This document shows, one piece after another, positions 56,979-64,000 of a DNA stretch of 64,000 bases. Each line of letters opens with the position of its first letter. Positions within the stretch are counted from its first letter, which is position 1. Origin of the DNA: a virus; IMG/VR virus record IMGVR_UViG_3300030104_007872, positions 1-64,000 of that record, one strand, 5' to 3'. The position numbers and the translations under genes were made by a program. Below the pieces are notes generated by a model. It saw nothing but the letters and a program-made list of their open reading frames with translations, was not told where the DNA came from and ran no database searches.

Positions 56979-57777
56979 CCTAAAGGGCAAAACCGCCTTA
57001 ATCACAGGCGGGGGTGGGCTTTTAGGGCCAAAACATGCTGAAGCGATTATTGAGCAGGGTGGCCGTGTTATTTTAGCTGATTGGCACCAAGATCGAGCCG
57101 CAAAAAAAGCCGAGCAACTCAACAGAGAACATGGAGAATCCGTTGCTGATTGGCATCACATGGACGTTACCGATAAATTGTCCATCGAAAGGGTTGTCGA
57201 TAAATATAATAAAATAGATATCCTAATAAATAATGCAGCTAAAGATCCAAAAGTTAAAAAAGATGCGGGGCTTACGGTTGAATCGAGGTTTGAAACCATG
57301 ACTGAGAAATATTGGCAAGAGGGGGTAGATGCAGCCTTAAATGGAACGTTTTTGTGCTCACAGGTTGTTGCAAACTTAATGTTGAAGTGTGGCGGTGGAG
57401 TGATTCTTAATATTGCTTCTGATTTAGGTGTTATAGCTCCCGATCAGCGCATTTACGAAAAAGAAGGGTTAGATGAGGATCAACAAAATGTTAAACCAAT
57501 TACTTATTCTGCGGCAAAATGGGCCATTATAGGTATGACTAAATATTTGGCGGTTTATTTCGCTAAGAAAAATATACGAGTCAATTCACTTAGCCCCACA
57601 GCAGTCTACAATAATCATCCAGAAGATTTTGTGGAAAAGTTGACGAATTTAATTCCAATGGGTAGGATGTCAGATATCAATGAATACAAAGGGGCAATTG
57701 CTTTTTTGTGCTCTGACGCAAGCTCTTATATGACAGGAGAAAATTTGGTAATCGATGGTGGTAAGAGCGTATGGTAA
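56962..57777 (+). CDS. classical SDR oxidoreductase (PtmA-like)
   Basis: TGGGGLLG, LINNAA, YSAAK and YMTGENLVIDGG. Confidence 0.88.
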   Translation: MKNFFNLKGKTALITGGGGLLGPKHAEAIIEQGGRVILADWHQDRAAKKAEQLNREHGESVADWHHMDVTDKLSIERVVDKYNKIDILINNAAKDPKVKKDAGLTVESRFETMTEKYWQEGVDAALNGTFLCSQVVANLMLKCGGGVILNIASDLGVIAPDQRIYEKEGLDEDQQNVKPITYSAAKWAIIGMTKYLAVYFAKKNIRVNSLSPTAVYNNHPEDFVEKLTNLIPMGRMSDINEYKGAIAFLCSDASSYMTGENLVIDGGKSVW

Positions 57778-58067
57778 TATATGTAGATATCGACGGGACG
57801 ATTTGTGAGTCAGCGCCAACAGGTGATTATTCAGATGCGCTACCAGTCCAAAGCTCTATAAATAAAATAAACAAATTATATCACGAAGGTAACACCATTA
57901 TCTATTGGACTGCTCGTGGCACTGTAACATATATAGATTGGCTAGAGATGACCAAAGATCAGTTAAATCAGTGGGGCTGTTTATTTCACGATGTTAGAGC
58001 AGGAAAGCCTCAGTATGATTTATGGATTGATGATAAATCTATAAAAATAGAAGAACTTGATGAGTAA
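57771..58067 (+). CDS. minimal HAD phosphatase
   Basis: DIDGTI, WTARG and GKP.YDLWIDDK. Confidence 0.88.
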   Translation: MVIYVDIDGTICESAPTGDYSDALPVQSSINKINKLYHEGNTIIYWTARGTVTYIDWLEMTKDQLNQWGCLFHDVRAGKPQYDLWIDDKSIKIEELDE

Positions 58068-58986
58068 AATATTAGTAACAGGTGGCTCGGGAATGGTGGG
58101 CAAACATTTGCAAAAAATCTTACCGAATGCGGAATATTTTTCAAGTCGTTCTTGTAATCTTAAAAGGGAATCGTTGACTTCTGCGGTCTTTTACAAAATG
58201 CGGCCCGACGTGGTGATTCATCTTGCTGCGAAGGTGGGCGGGATTTTAGACAACATAAGACATCCCGTAGAATTCTTTGAAGATAACATAGCAATAAACA
58301 ATAATGTTATAAAGTCCGCTTATGAAAGTGGCTGTAAAAAAATAATTTCAGTTTTAAGTACCTGCATTTATCCAGATGAGGTTCCAGAGTCAGATTATCC
58401 GATGGTCGAGGCATCTCTGCATTCTGGGCCTCCTACACCAACCAATTTTGCATATGGTTATGCAAAAAGATGTCTGGCGGTTCAGTTAGCAGCCTATAAT
58501 CAACAGCACAATACTCAATACAGCACTTTAATTCCCTGCAATTTATATTCAGAATACGATCACTTTGAGGGTGAAAGGGCTCATTTTTTATCTAGCCTAA
58601 TAAATAAAATTGATACAGCTAAACGCCAAAACGCTAAAAAGATTAACCTCTTGGGCACTGGAGCGCCACTGCGGCAGTTTATGTATGCGGGGGATTTAGC
58701 TGAGGCAATTGTATTAACCTTAGATAAAGATGATGTCTTCAATTATAACATTTGCACACCTGAAAACAAGAGCATTAAAGAGATCTGTGATATTGCGCTA
58801 GAGGCATGTGATGCTACCCATCTAAGTGTCGAGTGGGACGAAACAAAACCCGACGGCCAATATAGGAAGGACGCCTCGTCAAAGAGATTCTTAAAAGATT
58901 TTCCAGATTTCAAATTTACCAAACTTGTAGAAGGAATTAAAAAAACTTATAATATAATCAGTAATGAAAGAGTGGAGACTAAATGA
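58057..58986 (+). CDS. fcl: GDP-fucose/colitose synthase (Fcl/ColC)
   Basis: HLAAKVGGI, STCIYP, YGYAKR, GTGAPLRQF and KPDGQYRK. Confidence 0.9.
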   Translation: MMSKILVTGGSGMVGKHLQKILPNAEYFSSRSCNLKRESLTSAVFYKMRPDVVIHLAAKVGGILDNIRHPVEFFEDNIAINNNVIKSAYESGCKKIISVLSTCIYPDEVPESDYPMVEASLHSGPPTPTNFAYGYAKRCLAVQLAAYNQQHNTQYSTLIPCNLYSEYDHFEGERAHFLSSLINKIDTAKRQNAKKINLLGTGAPLRQFMYAGDLAEAIVLTLDKDDVFNYNICTPENKSIKEICDIALEACDATHLSVEWDETKPDGQYRKDASSKRFLKDFPDFKFTKLVEGIKKTYNIISNERVETK

Positions 58987-60133
58987 ACCAAACGTTACCT
59001 TTTGGGATAGGTTAAAGATTTGCTCATTTTTTCTGAATCCTAAAAATTTCTGGACGATGAACGGTAAAGTCTCTCTCTTTGAGGAGTCTATGGCCGATTA
59101 TGTAGGCTGCAAATACGCGGTTTATGTTTCCAGCGGCTCGACCGCTAATACCTTATTGGCTATGCATCTTCGTGATAATATTGCGAAGAATAATATCGAG
59201 AAAGATACCATAGTTTTTCCATCTACCACTTGGACCACTTCGATTTCTCCTTTTTTAAGGGAGGGGTTCAAGCCGAAATTTATAGACGTAAACCTCAAAG
59301 ACTTCTCTATTGATTTAGATTCTCTTGAGAATTACCTAAAAGACAATCATGAGCAAGTTTGCTGCGTTTTTCTGACTTCTTTGATTGGATTTGTGCCTGA
59401 CATGAAAAGGCTTGAGGCTATCTCTAAACGCTTCAACGTTAAGGTAATGTTGGATAATTGTGAAAATACTTTTGGCACCTACGGCGGTAAAAATGTTTCG
59501 TCTTTTTTCACCTCTACCACCAGCACATATTTTGGACACCAGATTCAGAGTGTCGAGGGCGGCTTTGTATTCACTAATTGTCAAGATGAATACGAATATT
59601 TTTTAATGGCTCGCAATCACGGCTTAACTCGCAGCCTTAAAAATTCTTCACACGTTCGCAATAAAAATGTTGACCCGCAGTTTGATTTTTTTCTACTGGG
59701 TAATAATTTTCGCAATACAGACATCAATGCCTTCATAGGTCTTTTGGACTTTAAAAGGATAGATAAAATAAAGAATAAGAGGGAAAAACTGTATGAGGTT
59801 TTTTTAAATGAATTAAAATGCAACATGGGCCTTTCCTTGCCGAGTGAGTTGCGCGGTCATTCCCCGTTTTGCTTGCCAGTTTTGTGCGATACTGTAAAAC
59901 AGAAATCCCTTTTGTTGAAATATTGTAAAGAAAACAATATTGAGACTAGGCCAATTATCTCAGGAAATTTATTAAAACAAAGCTGTTATTCCGCTTTTGC
60001 TGATCCGCTTTCGTTTCCCAATAGCGAGCGCTTGCACACGCATGGGTTTTATGTCGGGCTACACGCGCACGTTAAAAAGTCTCAGGTTGAAAAATTAACC
60101 TCACACATTAATATCACTTTAAATGAAAAATAA
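58964..60133 (+). CDS. colD: GDP-4-keto-6-deoxymannose 3-dehydratase (ColD-like)
   Basis: DegT fold; STYFGHQIQSVEGG with His at the PLP-lysine site; ETRPIISGN; lies between fcl and gmd. Confidence 0.78.
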   Translation: MKEWRLNEPNVTFWDRLKICSFFLNPKNFWTMNGKVSLFEESMADYVGCKYAVYVSSGSTANTLLAMHLRDNIAKNNIEKDTIVFPSTTWTTSISPFLREGFKPKFIDVNLKDFSIDLDSLENYLKDNHEQVCCVFLTSLIGFVPDMKRLEAISKRFNVKVMLDNCENTFGTYGGKNVSSFFTSTTSTYFGHQIQSVEGGFVFTNCQDEYEYFLMARNHGLTRSLKNSSHVRNKNVDPQFDFFLLGNNFRNTDINAFIGLLDFKRIDKIKNKREKLYEVFLNELKCNMGLSLPSELRGHSPFCLPVLCDTVKQKSLLLKYCKENNIETRPIISGNLLKQSCYSAFADPLSFPNSERLHTHGFYVGLHAHVKKSQVEKLTSHINITLNEK

Positions 60134-61166
60134 AAAAATTATAATTACAGGAGTTACTGGACAGGATGGAAGCCTTATGGCCGATTATCTGTTGAAAAAC
60201 ACGGAGCATACCGTGGTTGGTGGCGTTCGTAGACTGAGCGTCAAAAATCATCAAAACATCCAGCATTTGCTAAAAAATCCTCGGTTTTATCTGATTGATC
60301 TAGACGTAACAGACAGCCAGAATATCGCTAGGGTTATTGAATCCGAAAAGCCTGATTATTTTATTAATTTTGCTGCAAATTCCTTCGTTGGTGTGAGTTG
60401 GGAAATGCCCTTGAACAATATGGAAACCAATTGCATGGCTGTCCTGCATCAGTTGGAGGCAATTCGTTCACATGCGCCAAAATGCCGTTATTACAACGCA
60501 GGAAGCTCAGAGGAGTTTGGCGATGTTGTGGAGACACCGCAGACCGAAGACCACCCCTTGCGCCCCAGAAGCCCATATGGAGCGTCAAAATGCGCCGCTA
60601 GGCATTTAGTTAAGGTCTATAGAGATTCTTACGATATTTATGCTGTTCAGGGTTGGCTCTTTAACCACGAGGGTGTGCGCCGTGGTGAAGAATTCGTAAC
60701 GCGAAAAATAACCAAGAATGTCGCAAGAATAGAGGGTGAGTTTCGCAAGGGCGACGGAATTACACCGCTGCAATTAGGAAATGTGGACGCTAAACGAGAT
60801 TGGAGTGACGCGGAAGATTTTGTAGACGGTGTTTGGAAAATGTTAAATCAAGATAAGCCAAAAGATTACATCTTATCATCCAATGAAACCCACACAATCA
60901 GAGAGTTTGTTGAAGAGGCTTTTAATTACGCAGGCTTTCATCGCAGCATGTGCTCTTGGCGCGGCGAGCATGAGGATGAAAAATATTTTCATGGAGATGA
61001 TTGTTTGGTAGAAATTAATCCTATTTTTTATCGCCCAGCGGAAGTAGATATCTTGTTGGGTGATTCAACCAGAGCACGTCAAGAGCTAGGTTGGTCACCA
61101 AAAACAGATTTCCTAAATCTTGTCAAGAAGATGGTTGACACGGATATCAAGGAGCGCAATACTTAG
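60123..61166 (+). CDS. gmd: GDP-mannose 4,6-dehydratase
   Basis: TGVTGQDGS, PRSPYGASK, LFNHE, FVTRKI and YRPAEV. Confidence 0.95.
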   Translation: MKNKKIIITGVTGQDGSLMADYLLKNTEHTVVGGVRRLSVKNHQNIQHLLKNPRFYLIDLDVTDSQNIARVIESEKPDYFINFAANSFVGVSWEMPLNNMETNCMAVLHQLEAIRSHAPKCRYYNAGSSEEFGDVVETPQTEDHPLRPRSPYGASKCAARHLVKVYRDSYDIYAVQGWLFNHEGVRRGEEFVTRKITKNVARIEGEFRKGDGITPLQLGNVDAKRDWSDAEDFVDGVWKMLNQDKPKDYILSSNETHTIREFVEEAFNYAGFHRSMCSWRGEHEDEKYFHGDDCLVEINPIFYRPAEVDILLGDSTRARQELGWSPKTDFLNLVKKMVDTDIKERNT

Positions 61167-61168
61167 GG

Positions 61169-61516
61169 GTGCCAAAAACAAAAGGTCCAAATAAGAGAGA
61201 TATACTTTTTCGTTTATTAGATGTCCCCGCGAAGGGGCGCCGTCCCTTTTTTGCAAGGGAGATGAAGATGTTAAATGACCTGTGTGAAAGGTATTCTCAG
61301 GACTTCATGTCTATTGTAGATTTCGGCAGGAAATTTGATTCTCTAGCTTATTTGGTTAGCGATAAACTAAAACAACGCTTGGACGAAAAGTTCCGAGCTT
61401 TTAATTTTAGAGTTGATTTATCGAAGTATGAAGTCTATGATATTGGAGAAAAGGTGGGGGATGATAGATTCGTTCGCCCTAAAGCAAAAACAGTAAAAGA
61501 TTTTTTAGATGAGTGA
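61169..61516 (+). CDS. hypothetical protein
   Basis: 115-aa ORF in operon. Confidence 0.7.
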   Translation: MPKTKGPNKRDILFRLLDVPAKGRRPFFAREMKMLNDLCERYSQDFMSIVDFGRKFDSLAYLVSDKLKQRLDEKFRAFNFRVDLSKYEVYDIGEKVGDDRFVRPKAKTVKDFLDE

Positions 61517-62621
61517 CAATATAGGCCCTGCAAACATTCTTGATAACTACTTGAAGGCGAATAAGGATGATCATTACAATTTTGAGGAAACGATTGAGTA
61601 TAAGGTCTCAAGCGGCTCATTACAGTTAGATCTGTATTTGGCGGGCGGGTTTGGTCCTGGGTTACATCGTTTTACAGGTGTTAACGAAGGCGGTAAAACT
61701 TCAGAGTCATTACAGGTAATGAAAAATTTTCTTGGCACCATTGACAAGTCTCGGGGCCTTTATATTAAAGCGGAAGGAAGACTCGGGCCAGAAGTTCAAG
61801 AAAGGTCGGGTGTGAAGTTTGTATTCACCCCAGAGGAGTGGGTGGACGGCACATGCTTTGTTTTTGAAAGCAATATATATGAAACCGCAATGGGGCTGAT
61901 TCGGCAGCTTATTACAAATAACGATGATAAGATTAAATATTGTTTTATATTAGATTCGGTGGACGGTTTAATTCGAAAAGATGATCTTGGAAAGAATTTT
62001 GACGAAAGTAGTAAGGTTGCGGGTGGAGCGGTGATCGCCTCTGATTTCTGCAAAAAAACCAGCACCGCCTTAGGCAAACGTGGACATATGGCAATATTTA
62101 TTAGTCAGGTTCGCGCTGATATTAAACTTGACCCGTATGCTAAATCTCCTGTGCGACAAACTACCGCTACAGGAGGCAATGCGCTTTTGCATTTCGCAAA
62201 CAATATCATGGAATTTGAGCCACGTTTCAAGGGTGATTTAATTTTACAAAATCCTTCCGTAAAAATGGTGGATGCTAAAAAGAACCCAATCATCGGCCAT
62301 CATGCCAAAGTAACAATTAAGAAATCAGCACATGAAAACACCAACACTACAATCTCCTATCCTATTAGATATGGACGCACTGCTGGGACATCTATCTGGG
62401 TTGAAAAAGAAGTTATAGACTTGCTGTATGCTTGGGAATTTGTCGAAAAGAAAGGCGCTTGGATTAAACCTAGCGACGACTTTAAGGAGTTGCTAAATTC
62501 TGAAAATTTACAATTTCCCGATAAAATTCAAGGGGATAATAAACTCTTTAAAACTGTCGAGGAAAACAAGGAGTTGTGCGAGTTCTTAATAAAGTATTTC
62601 AAGGAGCAGATAGCTGTATGA
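61509..62621 (+). CDS. RecA/UvsX-like recombinase
   Basis: SSGSLQLD, GVNEGGKTS, ILDSVDGL, ISQVR and TGGNALLH. Confidence 0.9.
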   Translation: MSDNIGPANILDNYLKANKDDHYNFEETIEYKVSSGSLQLDLYLAGGFGPGLHRFTGVNEGGKTSESLQVMKNFLGTIDKSRGLYIKAEGRLGPEVQERSGVKFVFTPEEWVDGTCFVFESNIYETAMGLIRQLITNNDDKIKYCFILDSVDGLIRKDDLGKNFDESSKVAGGAVIASDFCKKTSTALGKRGHMAIFISQVRADIKLDPYAKSPVRQTTATGGNALLHFANNIMEFEPRFKGDLILQNPSVKMVDAKKNPIIGHHAKVTIKKSAHENTNTTISYPIRYGRTAGTSIWVEKEVIDLLYAWEFVEKKGAWIKPSDDFKELLNSENLQFPDKIQGDNKLFKTVEENKELCEFLIKYFKEQIAV

Positions 62622-63025
62622 AGTTTGTTGACGGGCACGGAAAAACGCGAAATCTCAAAAACGCAAAAAAATATCTCATAGATTGGTGTAAGCCCAGTAG
62701 AAGTAAGTTTCAAACGGCGGTTAAAGAGTTTTTATTTCCATACTGGAAAAACGATATTGTCTTCGAAGAATTCAGGGTTGTTGGCAGCAGGCTGACTTTA
62801 GATTTTTATAATGCTAATAAAAAAATCGCTGTTGAGGTACAGGGGGCACAGCATACAAAATACGTTAAATTTTTCCACAAGAATCGTTTTAGATATTCCG
62901 ATCAATTAAAGAGGGATCAGAAAAAACTTGACTTTTGTAAAGCAAACGATATACAGTTAGCAGAGGTTTATCCGCAGGATGTGGTTACCGCTTCCCTCTT
63001 TGAAGACCAAGAAATTTATTTATGA
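62618..63025 (+). CDS. DUF559/Vsr-like endonuclease
   Basis: LDFY...IAVEVQGAQH...RDQKK. Confidence 0.8.
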   Translation: MKFVDGHGKTRNLKNAKKYLIDWCKPSRSKFQTAVKEFLFPYWKNDIVFEEFRVVGSRLTLDFYNANKKIAVEVQGAQHTKYVKFFHKNRFRYSDQLKRDQKKLDFCKANDIQLAEVYPQDVVTASLFEDQEIYL

Positions 63026-63270
63026 ACTTAGATGATGAATCCGAATCCACAGATTTTCGCGTTCCAACTGAATGGGTAGAAAAGCTTTATGAATTATCTG
63101 GTGGCGCAGATAAATATAAAGGAGTGTTATTGGCACTCTCTTCTGAACAGGGAGATCCACTTATATATTTTAAATACGATTCAGGAATGACCGAAACAGC
63201 GCTAAGAAAGTCAATGTTCGATTACCTTAAAAATTTGGATAACTACACTTCTACCGAAGAACAGACATGA
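63022..63270 (+). CDS. hypothetical protein
   Basis: 82-aa ORF with ATGA overlaps on both sides. Confidence 0.7.
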   Translation: MNLDDESESTDFRVPTEWVEKLYELSGGADKYKGVLLALSSEQGDPLIYFKYDSGMTETALRKSMFDYLKNLDNYTSTEEQT

Positions 63271-64000
63271 TTTACAATTTTGAACTTGAGAAACAATTGC
63301 TTGCGGGTCTAATTAAAGAGCCTGACGCATTGGCTGAGATATCCAATTTCATTGGAACTGGTGATTTTTATTCTGATAATAGTTCCCTTCATTCAACAAT
63401 TTTCCGAATTATACAGCAGGCTATTCAATCGGGTGATGAAGTTGATGAGGTTATAATTGCTCAGCGCGTTAACGATGTCGGCATTTCATTTCAAGATAAT
63501 TTAAATCCCGCTGACTACATTAAGTCCTTGGCTTTACGCAAAGTTCCCAAAGGCAACACAATTAAAACCGCGAAGGAATTAAAAAAATACTCCATTCGTC
63601 GTGAAATTTTAGATTCTTCCGCTGACATTGGGAAGAAGATGAAGAGTATGCCGCCTGAGGCGTGTTATCGAACTATAATTGAAGCTGCTGACACCATATA
63701 CAATTCCAGAATAAACCTTTACGAATTAGGCAACGATATTCCCGAAAACATTTATGAGGAAATGGAAGACCTCATAGAGGATAGGGGAAATAATCCCGTT
63801 ACTGAATTTGGTATGATGGGGCCTCATACAAAGGTAAATGAAATTTACGGTTCGCTATTACGCCCAGGAAATATAACGGTCATAGTGGCAAGATCAGGAG
63901 TTGGAAAGACAAACTTTTGCATGGACTATACAACAAAGGTGAGCCTCCAGTATGATGTTCCCGTCTTACATTTCGATAACGGTGAAATGAGCAAGGAGGA
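63267..64000 (+). CDS. dnaB: DnaB-like replicative helicase (partial, runs off the window)
   Basis: MIYNFELEKQLLAGLI...DFY; Walker A ARSGVGKT; DNGEMS. Confidence 0.9.
   Translation, partial: MIYNFELEKQLLAGLIKEPDALAEISNFIGTGDFYSDNSSLHSTIFRIIQQAIQSGDEVDEVIIAQRVNDVGISFQDNLNPADYIKSLALRKVPKGNTIKTAKELKKYSIRREILDSSADIGKKMKSMPPEACYRTIIEAADTIYNSRINLYELGNDIPENIYEEMEDLIEDRGNNPVTEFGMMGPHTKVNEIYGSLLRPGNITVIVARSGVGKTNFCMDYTTKVSLQYDVPVLHFDNGEMSKE

Noticed and set aside
41045-61166. Glycan cluster as host O-antigen contamination or a chimeric join
   Set aside because: It runs directly into phage recA/dnaB genes in the same SD-less, overlapping style and lacks wzx/wzy/wzm-type genes
1-64000. Stop-codon reassignment, tRNA/rRNA genes, integrase, transposase or reverse transcriptase
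   Set aside because: Genes are full length in the standard code with TAA, TAG and TGA all used as stops; no such RNA genes or motifs were recognised by eye

Overview
A 64-kb segment of a large tailed dsDNA phage (HK97-fold capsid, 2340-aa tape measure, no sheath gene seen) using the standard genetic code. Canonical sigma70 promoters with almost no Shine-Dalgarno sites suggest a PVC-type host such as Verrucomicrobia (inference only). Layout: (1) 1-4.6 kb, a minus-strand early region of small genes with ten TTGAC-N17-TATAGT-type promoters, mostly leaderless, punctuated by four copies of a conserved 78-bp palindrome/GC-hairpin/palindrome element; (2) 5-35 kb, PhoH, a sigma-like factor, an ERCC4 nuclease, terminase, portal, protease/scaffold, capsid, an inverted neck/tail-tube block, tape measure and tail-tube paralogues, many preceded by GTGTAA; (3) 35-41 kb, Hsp20, SSB, a second sigma, an origin-like repeat and class I RNR; (4) 41-61 kb, a 22-gene glycan cluster (GDP-colitose, a branched 3,6-dideoxy sugar, a non-canonical CMP-nonulosonate, a Maf-like transferase and other GTs) with no membrane or export genes; (5) RecA-like recombinase, nuclease and DnaB. 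Best candidates for new biology: a virion O-glycosylation system whose probable sequon is Ser/Thr-Gly (enriched in tail and neck proteins), the repeated early-region element, a -1 frameshift extending an EF-hand head protein, and a nuclease-like cargo domain inside the tape measure. All family assignments come from motif recognition by eye, not database searches.
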